From positions 903-64,902 of the forward strand of contig JBBDXA010000231.1 in the NCBI GenBank assembly GCA_040902585.1: 64,000 nucleotides of DNA, read 5' to 3'. Positions 1 through 8,308 of the stretch are shown here, piece by piece (position 1 is the stretch's first letter; every line of letters begins with the position of its first letter). Under the pieces are notes generated by a model that was not told the origin of the DNA, did not search any database, and worked only from the letters and a program-made list of their open reading frames with translations. A program made the translations under genes and the position numbers. Origin of the DNA: Phycisphaeraceae bacterium. Lineage in GTDB: Bacteria > Planctomycetota > Phycisphaerae > Phycisphaerales > Phycisphaeraceae.

Positions 1-1564
1 CGGCGATAAGGTCGGCGCGAAGCAAAATGGCAACCAATCGCTCAACCAATCTATGGCACTCCCCATCCTCCAGCTGAACAAGCGATTCAACAAAGCTATT
101 GATCCACTCCGTTGAAATGGAAGTCTGTTCTCCACGGGCAAGCTCCATCCCCAATAGACTTACTGTTCCCCGTAGTTTTTCATAAGTACCTTTTAGTTGC
201 TGCTGCAATCGCTTTGCCTTGTCGTAGTCGCCCGCAGCACACCAGCCTTCCAGCATTGCGAGGAGTAATGTATCCCCGCTTCCGAGCATTATGTAGGTGG
301 TTTCTGCGTCGTTCAAGCGACCAGCGCTACATTGCAGGTGGAAAACACGCACCAACGCCATATACCGATCTGCAGCGCCCAACTGCTCAATCTCGCGATA
401 GATCAGGCCGGTGGTCTCGTCTAATCCGCTGTGATCGCCAATCTTTGCTTGGTGCGGAGCAATCCGCTCCAGCGCCGTGAGTCGAGGTGTATCATCCGAG
501 TAGAACCGAGATGCGGCTCTGGATCGCGGCAGACCCTTAGCCGTCGCGATGGCCGTTGCCATTGTCTTCCTGCATGCTGCATCGTCGCCCATCTGAGACT
601 GTATGACGGCGATCGCTCCCAAGCCATCGGCCACATCTTCCCCCGACTGTCGTCCTCTGATCGCGGTGAATGCTCGATCCAATGTTTGAGCGCAACCAGC
701 TCGGTCACCATGTTTGAGCTGAGCCGCCGCAACTTCAAGGAACACTTCGCCAGTGCGATCCGAGAACACCTTCGTTGCCAGCTCCGACAACTGCTTGAGG
801 GCCGACGTCGCGCCACTCGCGTTCTGGTTGTCCCGAAGCGCTGTAGCCAATTGAAGTAGACCCGCTGCGGTACTATCACTGCTCGTTCCAGTGATTTCTC
901 TGAACACCTTCACTCCATCATCCAAATCTCCACGAACTACAAGCGCAACGGCCATTTCCAGGTGCCCGCGCTGCCGATGAACCTGGTTGGACAGTCGGTC
1001 GATATCTCGCCTTGCTCCCGCATCATCTCCACTTCTGACACGAGCGCCGATTAAAGCAATACGAAAGTTGGTGCCTTCAATTCCATGGCTCGCATCAAAC
1101 TCGTCTGCTTCTGAAACAAGATCGGCATCGGCGTATGCAACGGCAACCCGAGCATAAAGGTCCTTCTTGAAAGGAGTATCTTCGAGCTGATCCACCGCAG
1201 CAGCAGCACGTCGCAACATTTCTGATGACGAGTGACCACCCGAGGATGTCACGATTGCCATCACGATGGCGAGGAGGACCAATGACGCCAACGCCAACGC
1301 CGCGATCCATAACACGCGCTTGCTTTGCGTGAGTTGTACAGACATGCCACCTACCGACTGAGCTTCGATCTCAACTTCGTGGACTGGCGAGACGATGGCC
1401 TCGGTAGGGAGTCCGAGTTGCTCGGTCTCTGACGCGACTACAGGGAGAGGGGGAGGCCCGATGACCAGCGGGCATCCACAACTCGGACACGACGCCCGCC
1501 GGCCAAGGTGCTCGGGGCTAGCCTTGAAACGCCGACCACAGGAACATGTCACGACAATCGACAT
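1..1564 (-). CDS. Zn-ribbon / single-pass membrane / helical-repeat (TPR-like) protein; C-terminus lies beyond the window edge
   Basis: Absent from the ORF track because it runs off the left edge. My translation from ATG at 1564 (GGAGG 6 nt upstream) gives MSIVVTCSCGRRFKASPEHLGRRASCPSCGCPLVI (CxC..CxxC). A hydrophobic helix VLWIAALALASLVLLAIVMAIV follows, then about 400 aa of Ala/Leu/Asp-rich helical repeats with no stop down to position 1. Confidence 0.75.
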   Translation of the reverse strand, partial: MSIVVTCSCGRRFKASPEHLGRRASCPSCGCPLVIGPPPLPVVASETEQLGLPTEAIVSPVHEVEIEAQSVGGMSVQLTQSKRVLWIAALALASLVLLAIVMAIVTSSGGHSSSEMLRRAAAAVDQLEDTPFKKDLYARVAVAYADADLVSEADEFDASHGIEGTNFRIALIGARVRSGDDAGARRDIDRLSNQVHRQRGHLEMAVALVVRGDLDDGVKVFREITGTSSDSTAAGLLQLATALRDNQNASGATSALKQLSELATKVFSDRTGEVFLEVAAAQLKHGDRAGCAQTLDRAFTAIRGRQSGEDVADGLGAIAVIQSQMGDDAACRKTMATAIATAKGLPRSRAASRFYSDDTPRLTALERIAPHQAKIGDHSGLDETTGLIYREIEQLGAADRYMALVRVFHLQCSAGRLNDAETTYIMLGSGDTLLLAMLEGWCAAGDYDKAKRLQQQLKGTYEKLRGTVSLLGMELARGEQTSISTEWINSFVESLVQLEDGECHRLVERLVAILLRADLIA

Positions 1565-1611
1565 GAGATGCCTCCACGGACATGACGATGCGGGGATTTG
1601 CTTCAATCGTA

Positions 1612-1634
1612 AGTTGATATCAACTCGATATCAA
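1612..1634. promoter_or_regulatory. Candidate operator: perfect 14-bp palindrome AGTTGATATCAACT plus an adjacent GATATCAA half-site
   Basis: Read directly from the sequence. It lies in the 98-nt divergent gap between the XRE gene (ATG 1663) and the Zn-ribbon gene (ATG 1564). Confidence 0.45.
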
Positions 1635-1662
1635 GGCCCCTGTGCCCTGAACATCTGGCCTC

Positions 1663-1962
1663 ATGGCCATCAAATCCATGTTCAGCAGCGCGTACAGGCA
1701 GCTCGTCGGGGCGGTCGTTAATGCGCGCAAAGCGGCCGGACTGACGCAGCGTCAGCTCGCCGACCGACTGCGCCGGCCACAGAATTTCGTCGGCCGCGTC
1801 GAGACCGAGCAGCGGCGGTTGGATTTCATTGAGTTGCTGGCCTGGCTGAAGGCGTGCGATGTGGATGCCGAGGAGGCGGTTTTAGCCCTGGCTAAGAGGG
1901 TTGGCAGCAGCCTGACGACGAACAAAGGGCGAGGCAGAACCCGGTCAAAGAAAGGTTGCTGA
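1663..1962 (+). CDS. XRE-family helix-turn-helix transcriptional regulator
   Basis: 99 aa. AGLTQRQLADRLRRPQNFVGRVETEQRRLDFIEL is a typical HTH_3 pattern. Confidence 0.85.
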   Translation: MAIKSMFSSAYRQLVGAVVNARKAAGLTQRQLADRLRRPQNFVGRVETEQRRLDFIELLAWLKACDVDAEEAVLALAKRVGSSLTTNKGRGRTRSKKGC

Positions 1963-1969
1963 CGTTCTT

Positions 1970-1992
1970 GGTTCGGCCAGCAGCCCCGAACC
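1970..1992. terminator. Hairpin GGTTCGG-N9-CCGAACC downstream of the XRE gene (no clear U-tract)
   Basis: 7-bp perfect inverted repeat read from the sequence, 8 nt after the XRE stop. Confidence 0.3.
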
Positions 1993-2222
1993 CATGGAAG
2001 CAAGCGCCGTGACATCGGCTCAGCCCCCAAGCATCTGCCGCAACTCCGCCATCCGCACCGCAAGCGTCTTGGCCTCACGCTGCTCCAATGGAACAAGAAC
2101 AAACTCGCGTTGAACCGCGGCTTCCCTAACGCGAAACTATCGGACGAGAGCCGGAAGTCGTTCATCGCTGACGCGGCTAAAGTTATGACCGATCAGCCTT
2201 AGGCGCATGACGGCGACACACC

Positions 2223-2720
2223 TCAATCCCTCTTGCGACGGGGGTCATCGTTCGGATTGACATACTCGATCGACCACGGGCCGATACCGTGGAACTGCAC
2301 GACCGTCTCGCCTTTCACCCACACAAAATGCTTCATGCCGGCAGGCCAGTGGCCGTAGGTGCCCGCCGGCATTGCCGTACCCGCCTTCTCGTCGAACTTG
2401 TCGCCCATGCCGATGTTGAACGTCCCAGAGATCACCGTGACGCGCTCAACCTTCGGATGCGTGTGCGGCGGGATGCGATAGCCATCGGGGACCTTCACGC
2501 GGAAGACGAAGGGGCCGTCCTTGCTTGGATCACCCTCCAGGACCGCGTACTTCGCACCTTTCGGGAGCGAGGGCGGACCTTCCTGCCATTTCAACTCCGA
2601 CGGCAAGTAAAGCGACGCGGACATCTCCTTGTCATCGTGAGGCGCGTTGGTCAGCGCAACACCGGCGAACGCGGCCAGGATGGCGGCAGCGGAAACAGCA
2701 ATGAAGGTCCTAGATCGCAT
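2223..2720 (-). CDS. Secreted cupin-domain protein
   Basis: ORF 2223..2834 trimmed to MRSRTFIAVSAAAILAAFAGVALT (signal-peptide-like). Cupin His motif PPHTHPKVERVTVISG..GHWPAGMKH. Confidence 0.8.
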   Translation of the reverse strand: MRSRTFIAVSAAAILAAFAGVALTNAPHDDKEMSASLYLPSELKWQEGPPSLPKGAKYAVLEGDPSKDGPFVFRVKVPDGYRIPPHTHPKVERVTVISGTFNIGMGDKFDEKAGTAMPAGTYGHWPAGMKHFVWVKGETVVQFHGIGPWSIEYVNPNDDPRRKRD

Positions 2721-2825
2721 GATCTTCCTTTCAGAGAATTGGACCGCGACAATGATCGCGGCGGCAGAGAAACTCTCACCATATCTACTCTGCTGGCTGG
2801 CGTGGTATTCCTCGATTTCACACCA

Positions 2826-2854
2826 TTGACACAAAATCGACCATCGACTACGGT
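2826..2854 (+). promoter_or_regulatory. Candidate sigma70-like promoter for the PadR gene (TTGACA-17 nt-TACGGT)
   Basis: TTGACA at 2826-2831, a 17-nt spacer, TACGGT at 2849-2854, ATG at 2863. This would give a very short leader. The -10 element is weak. Confidence 0.3.
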
Positions 2855-2862
2855 AACCGAGT

Positions 2863-3219
2863 ATGACAATCGATCAAAAGCTTGTGGCCCGTGAGATTCT
2901 GCTGAGCTTCTGGAAGGTTCACATTCTGCACCATGCGGCCGAGGGCGCGGTCGTGGGGCAGTGGATGCTCCAGGAACTGCGGCGGCACGGCTACGAGGTC
3001 AGCCCCGGAACGCTCTATCCGCTTTTGCAGCGGATGGAACGCAACGGCTGGTTGCGCAGCAAAGTTGCAGGTAAAGGATCGCGCGCTCGGCGTGACTATT
3101 TCCTCACCCCAGCAGGCCGGAAGGTGCTCGCCTTGGTCCGCTCACAGCTTGATGAACTGATTCATGAAGTGACTCCGCGCCCCAGGAACAAGAAGCGTCA
3201 ACGGTCTCCCAGTAGGTAA
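2863..3219 (+). CDS. PadR-family transcriptional regulator
   Basis: 118 aa. GYEVSPGTLYPLLQRMERNGWL is the characteristic PadR winged-helix signature. Confidence 0.9.
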   Translation: MTIDQKLVAREILLSFWKVHILHHAAEGAVVGQWMLQELRRHGYEVSPGTLYPLLQRMERNGWLRSKVAGKGSRARRDYFLTPAGRKVLALVRSQLDELIHEVTPRPRNKKRQRSPSR

Positions 3220-3273
3220 TGGAAGTGGACAAACGGAGCCCGTCATTCACGAACGTCACGAAGGGAACCTCAA

Positions 3274-3837
3274 ATGGCACTGAAGCACTGGTCTGTCCTT
3301 TCATTTGCACTATTTGTGTTGCTGATTGTTCTGGGGCAAAGCGGTGTCTTGACACCGTCACACGCGGCGGACTCGAGTGACAGCAAATCTGCCGAAGTCG
3401 CGTCGCTCAAGGCCGAGGTCGAAAGGCTCAAGGGCATGGTGCCTGATCAGGCTCATGCGATGGCGGATGTCGGGTACCACTACTCCAACCTGTGGTTCGC
3501 CGGCCAGAATGAGAACTGGCCGCTCGCGCAGTTCATGATGAACGAAGTGAAATCGCATCTGCGCTGGGCGGTCCGCATCATTCCCAAGCGCAAAACCAAC
3601 GCCGGACTGGAGGTCGATCTGACTGGCATACTCGGCGGCCTCGAAACGAGCACGCTCAAGGATCTGGAGCAGACGATCAAGGACAAGAGCAAGGCGAAGT
3701 TCACCGAAGCCTACAAGATGCAACTCACCGCCTGCATGTCATGTCATCAGGCAACCAGCAAGGAGTTCATCCGGTTGCAGGTGCCGGAGAGGCCGGAGGC
3801 AAGCATCCTTGATTTCCGACCGGAGAGCGCCAAGTGA
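3274..3837 (+). CDS. Secreted helical protein with a C-terminal CxxCH motif (possible class II-like c-type cytochrome)
   Basis: N-terminal signal-like helix WSVLSFALFVLLIVLG. Single heme-attachment-type motif ACMSCHQA about 30 aa from the C-terminus. Otherwise helical and charged. Confidence 0.6.
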   Translation: MALKHWSVLSFALFVLLIVLGQSGVLTPSHAADSSDSKSAEVASLKAEVERLKGMVPDQAHAMADVGYHYSNLWFAGQNENWPLAQFMMNEVKSHLRWAVRIIPKRKTNAGLEVDLTGILGGLETSTLKDLEQTIKDKSKAKFTEAYKMQLTACMSCHQATSKEFIRLQVPERPEASILDFRPESAK

Positions 3838-3916
3838 GACTCATCACAACTCGGTAAACCAGATTGTCAAAAAAGCGATTGCCCTCCTCATATTTCTGCA
3901 AACGAAAGTGATCAAC

Positions 3917-5326
3917 ATGAGTCTATCTCGTCGTCATCTGTTGTTGAACTCATCCGCCGTGGCTATGGGCTTCGCTGGCCTGCGCGCATTGTCCGGCAGC
4001 GATGTCGCCTTGGCAGCTGCGGATTCGCCCAAGGCTTCAGTCACCGGCAAGGCGGCTGAGCGATTGTTTGATCTTCCCGATGGATTCTCGTGCCATGTTC
4101 TCTCGCGATTCGGCGAGACCATGAGCGATGGCCTGCGCACACCCGGCTCGGCGGACGGCATGGCGGCTTTCGCCGGTCCCGATGGCAAAGTCATCCTCGT
4201 GCGAAATCACGAATTGACTGCGGACCAGAGAAAATCAGGCCCCTTCGGCGATGACAACAGGCTCTTGAACAAGCTCAAACGCGCGAAACTCTACGATCCG
4301 GGCATGAAGGATGAATACGCTGGTCTGGGCGGCACGACAACAATCATCTACGACCCGCGCACGAAGAAGACAGAGCGCGAGTTCCTTTCGCTCGCCGGTA
4401 CCTGTCGCAACTGCGCTGGCGGACCCACGCCCTGGAACACGTGGATCACCTGCGAGGAGACCGTGCAGCTCGCGGATGAAAACTACGCGCGGGACCACGG
4501 ATTCAACTTCGAGGTGCCCGCGCTGGCGGATGGGCCATGCGATCCTGTGCCGCTCAAGGCGATGGGCCGGTTCAATCATGAAGCGGTCGCCGTCGATCCC
4601 AGGTCCGGCATCGTGTATCAGACCGAAGACCGCGAGAACAGCCTCATCTATCGTTTCCTTCCTACGAAGCGCGGCAAGCTGGCCGAGGGCGGCCGGCTCC
4701 AGGCGCTGCGTGTGCGCGGGCAAAAGTCATTTGACACGCGCAACTGGTGGCGCGCCACAGTGACGCCGGGGCAGAAAATGGATGTGGAATGGGTGGACAT
4801 GGAAGATGTCGAGTCGCGTGATGATGAGATGCGGCTCTGGGGTTTCTACGGGCAGGGCTGCGCCCGCTTCGCCCGCGGCGAAGGCATGTGGCACGGCAAG
4901 GACGGCATCTACTTCGCCTGCACCAGCGGCGGCTCCAAACGGCGCGGACAGATCTGGCGCTACACACCCAGCCTGCGCGAAGGCGAGCGCGGCGAGGACG
5001 ATGCGCCGGGCATACTGGAGCTGTTCGTTGAGCCCGATGATCACAACGTCTGTGAGAACTGCGACAACCTCACCGTCGCGCCCTGGGGCGACCTCTTCGT
5101 CTGCGAGGACCACGCGGGCCGGGGGAGTACGCCCGAGCAATACATCCTGCGCATCACGCCAGCGGGAAAGATCTCGCGATTTGCCCGCAACGCGTTGAAC
5201 CGCACGGAACTCGCCGGTGTCACCTTCTCCCCCGATGGCTCGACGCTGTTCGTGAACATCTTCAGCCCCGGCGTGACCGTGGCGATCACGGGGCCTTGGC
5301 AGAACCGCGAGGCTGCGCTGTCGTGA
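3917..5326 (+). CDS. phoX: PhoX/DUF839-family secreted phosphatase-like protein with a twin-arginine signal
   Basis: ORF 3809..5326 trimmed to MSLSRRHLLLNSSAVAMGFAG (Tat-like SRRHLL). Contains GTCRNCAGGPTPWNTWITCEE, typical of PhoX/DUF839. Confidence 0.82.
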   Translation: MSLSRRHLLLNSSAVAMGFAGLRALSGSDVALAAADSPKASVTGKAAERLFDLPDGFSCHVLSRFGETMSDGLRTPGSADGMAAFAGPDGKVILVRNHELTADQRKSGPFGDDNRLLNKLKRAKLYDPGMKDEYAGLGGTTTIIYDPRTKKTEREFLSLAGTCRNCAGGPTPWNTWITCEETVQLADENYARDHGFNFEVPALADGPCDPVPLKAMGRFNHEAVAVDPRSGIVYQTEDRENSLIYRFLPTKRGKLAEGGRLQALRVRGQKSFDTRNWWRATVTPGQKMDVEWVDMEDVESRDDEMRLWGFYGQGCARFARGEGMWHGKDGIYFACTSGGSKRRGQIWRYTPSLREGERGEDDAPGILELFVEPDDHNVCENCDNLTVAPWGDLFVCEDHAGRGSTPEQYILRITPAGKISRFARNALNRTELAGVTFSPDGSTLFVNIFSPGVTVAITGPWQNREAALS

Positions 5327-5352
5327 AGCACGGCTGCGCGACGAGCAAATAG

Positions 5353-6693
5353 GTGCGCATGACAGAATTACCTGACAGCAATGCCCCGCCCGTCGCGCTG
5401 CGGCGCGAGCTTGGCGTGTTCGGCGCGATGATGATGGGCCTGGGCTCGATCGTGGGCACGGGTGTGTTCGTGAGCATCGGTGTGGCAGCCGGTGTCGCGG
5501 GACCGGCGGTGGTGCTGGCGATTGTGATCGCCGCGCTGGTGGCGATGTGCAACGCATTCAGCAGCGCCCAACTGGCCGCCAGGCACGCCGTCAGTGGCGG
5601 CACCTACGAGTACGGTTATATCTACCTTCACCCCGCGCTGGGCTTCACCGCCGGCTGGATGTTCCTGTGCGCCAAGAGTGCTTCTGCCGCCACCGCCGCT
5701 CTGGGTTTCGCTGGCTACCTGCTTCACACCATCAACGGCGGTGACCAGCGCTGGCTGGTGCCCCTGGCACTGGTGACCTGCGTGTTGCTGTCGCTGATTG
5801 TCCTGAGCGGCATCCGGCGATCCAACCTGACCAACATCATCATCGTCTCCATCACGCTCACCACCTTGGCTGTATTCGTGCTGGCCGGACTACCGTTGCT
5901 GCTGCGCAACGGCACCGCCCGGCTCACGCCGTTCTTCGCGCCCGGTGATGCCGCAGGTGCTGGCGGCATTCAGGGCCTGCTTTACGCCACAGCGTTGATG
6001 TTCGTCGCTTACACGGGCTACGGCCGAATCGCCACACTTGGCGAAGAGGTGCGCGATCCTCACCGAACCATTCCCAAAGCAATCGTGCTGACCTTGGTCG
6101 TGTCCGCCGCGCTCTATATCGCCGTCGGTGTGGTGGCGATTGCAGCGGTCGGCGCGGGACCGCTGAGTGAGGCCACGGAAAACAGGGCCGCGCCGCTGGA
6201 GATCGTGTCGCGCCAGTTCGACATGCCAGGCGTCCACTGGCTGGTGGCGATCGGAGCGATGACCGCGATGCTCGGCGTGCTGCTGAATCTGATCCTGGGC
6301 CTGTCACGCGTGGTGCTGGCGATGGGCCGGCGCAACGACCTGCCCGCCGCCACCGCAAAGCTGAACGCCAGCAACACCACGCCTTACGTCGCCGTCATTG
6401 TCGTCGGCGTGATCGTCACCGGCCTGGCCGCCATCGGCAGCGTCAAAACCACCTGGGCCTTCAGCGCGTTCACCGTGCTCATTTACTACGCCATCACGAA
6501 TCTCGCCGCGCTGCGGCTCAAGAAGGTAGACCGCCTCTACTCGCCGATCTTCGCTTGGTGCGGACTCCTGGCGCGCCTGTTCCTGGCCTTCTGGGTCGAT
6601 TGGCAAATCTGGCTGACGGGCCTGGGCCTGATCGCGCTGGGGCTGCTGTGGCACCTCATTCGCCACCGACGCATGGGCGGCGTGAGGGAGTGA
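5353..6693 (+). CDS. APC-superfamily amino acid permease
   Basis: 446 aa, about 12 hydrophobic segments. GVFGAMMMGLGSIVGTGVFVS N-terminal signature. Confidence 0.9.
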   Translation: MRMTELPDSNAPPVALRRELGVFGAMMMGLGSIVGTGVFVSIGVAAGVAGPAVVLAIVIAALVAMCNAFSSAQLAARHAVSGGTYEYGYIYLHPALGFTAGWMFLCAKSASAATAALGFAGYLLHTINGGDQRWLVPLALVTCVLLSLIVLSGIRRSNLTNIIIVSITLTTLAVFVLAGLPLLLRNGTARLTPFFAPGDAAGAGGIQGLLYATALMFVAYTGYGRIATLGEEVRDPHRTIPKAIVLTLVVSAALYIAVGVVAIAAVGAGPLSEATENRAAPLEIVSRQFDMPGVHWLVAIGAMTAMLGVLLNLILGLSRVVLAMGRRNDLPAATAKLNASNTTPYVAVIVVGVIVTGLAAIGSVKTTWAFSAFTVLIYYAITNLAALRLKKVDRLYSPIFAWCGLLARLFLAFWVDWQIWLTGLGLIALGLLWHLIRHRRMGGVRE

Positions 6694-6746
6694 TGAAATA
6701 AGCCATAGGTCGAACTGACCTGGGCGGCTGATCAAACCCGACGCGA

Positions 6747-8198
6747 TCAATGAGAATCCGACTGTGCGGTGAGGACCGGATCCTTCAATCGTTTCATTTG
6801 CTCTTCGATCCGCTGGCTCAGGTCGGCGATGACCTGCTTTACCTTTGCATCGTCCGAAGATATGAGATTCTTCCGCTCGTCGGAATCGTTCGCGAGATCG
6901 TAAAGTTCATCCCGTCCCGGATTGAGCAGGTCGCGCACGAGCTTCCATTTCGGTGTGCGGTACATTCGCATGTGGGTCCGCGTCTGGTGCTTCGTCGAGT
7001 ACTCGCCGTAAAGGTCATTGTCCCACGGTATCGACTTGCCTTTCAAGAGCGGCGTGAAATCGCGGCCACGAACGCCCAGCTCCCTAGGGACTTCGACGCC
7101 CGCCATCGCGCACACGCTCGGAAAGACGTCAAGAAAGGTGATCGTCTGATCGACGACCTGCCCCGCCCTGGTAACACCCGGCCAGCGGATGGCGGCGGGC
7201 ACGCGTATCGACATGTCAAACATATTCGGCCGCTGTACTGCCGGCACGTTCTTCGTTCCTTCCGGCAGCGCGTCCTTCTTGAGAATCCAGTGCCCGTTGC
7301 CCTTGTGCCAGATACCGTTGTGACCCATGTTGTAGCCGTGATCGCTGGTGAAGATCACGATGGTGTTTTCCGCCAGCTTCTGGTCTTCGAGGAATTTCAT
7401 CAGGCGGCCGACGTTCCGGTCCACGCCGTGTACTGAGGCCAGGTATTCGCGCGTCACGCGCTTGACTCGCTCAGTGTCGAGCCCTGGGTAGTCGGGATGC
7501 GGCGGCACGGGATCCAGCTTCTCGAACGGTGCCCAGTCCTCCGGGGCGACTGGCAACCAGGCGGCGTGCGGCGCGCGGTAGTGCAGGCTCAATAGGAACG
7601 GCTTGTCCTGCGGCCGGTTCCGGATGAATTCGATCGCATGATCAGTAAGGATGTCGGTCGTCAACCCGCTCAGCTTGGTCTGCTTGCCGTCCTTCTCAAG
7701 CGTCGGATCCTTGGGCGACCAGCCTCCGCCGCGGTGCCCCATGAAGTAGTTGAATCCGGTCGCCGTCGGGTGGTGGGCATCCGTCAGGCCCAAATGCCAC
7801 TTGCCGATCAGGCCGGTGTGATAGCCGGCTCGCTGGAGCAGCTCGTACCACGTGACGGTTGAAGGATCGAGCCCGTGCTTCGGTTCGACATTCGGATTAA
7901 GCCAATCATGGATCCCCAATTCACTTCCGTACTTGCTGGTTGCCAGCGACGCGCGGGAGGGGCTGCACACGGGCGTCGGTGTGAAGCAGTTCTTCAGGAC
8001 CGCGCTCTGGGTAAAGAGCCGATCGAGGTTCGGCGTTATCGCATGCGTATGGCCTTCCCATCGCCCCAGCGCCCAAGGCCCCTGGTCATCCGTCATGATG
8101 AACAGCACATGGGGACGGTCGGCACGCACGACCGCTGGCAAGGATAGACCAATGAGCCATGCAGTTATCATCAACAGCAAGCTGAGAGAGCGGGGCAT
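6747..8198 (-). CDS. Formylglycine-dependent sulfatase (arylsulfatase family), secreted
   Basis: Signal peptide, FIMTDDQG, and the CSPSRASLATSKYG (C-x-P-x-R) motif. Confidence 0.92.
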   Translation of the reverse strand: MPRSLSLLLMITAWLIGLSLPAVVRADRPHVLFIMTDDQGPWALGRWEGHTHAITPNLDRLFTQSAVLKNCFTPTPVCSPSRASLATSKYGSELGIHDWLNPNVEPKHGLDPSTVTWYELLQRAGYHTGLIGKWHLGLTDAHHPTATGFNYFMGHRGGGWSPKDPTLEKDGKQTKLSGLTTDILTDHAIEFIRNRPQDKPFLLSLHYRAPHAAWLPVAPEDWAPFEKLDPVPPHPDYPGLDTERVKRVTREYLASVHGVDRNVGRLMKFLEDQKLAENTIVIFTSDHGYNMGHNGIWHKGNGHWILKKDALPEGTKNVPAVQRPNMFDMSIRVPAAIRWPGVTRAGQVVDQTITFLDVFPSVCAMAGVEVPRELGVRGRDFTPLLKGKSIPWDNDLYGEYSTKHQTRTHMRMYRTPKWKLVRDLLNPGRDELYDLANDSDERKNLISSDDAKVKQVIADLSQRIEEQMKRLKDPVLTAQSDSH

Positions 8199-8308
8199 GA
8201 GTTGACCTCCTTGATTTCGCAGCCATCATCATACAGGCCGGTATGGTCCGCTGATACACTGATGGCCCGTTTGCTCACTGGGCTCAATGGTGGGCGGAGA
8301 ATTCTCAA

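Noticed and set aside
1752-2165. 137-aa minus-strand ORF overlapping the 3' half of the XRE gene.
   Set aside because: It overlaps a well-supported gene and its translation is Arg/Ser/Cys/Trp-rich junk. A different frame in 2020-2208 looks more protein-like but carries an internal stop (see findings).
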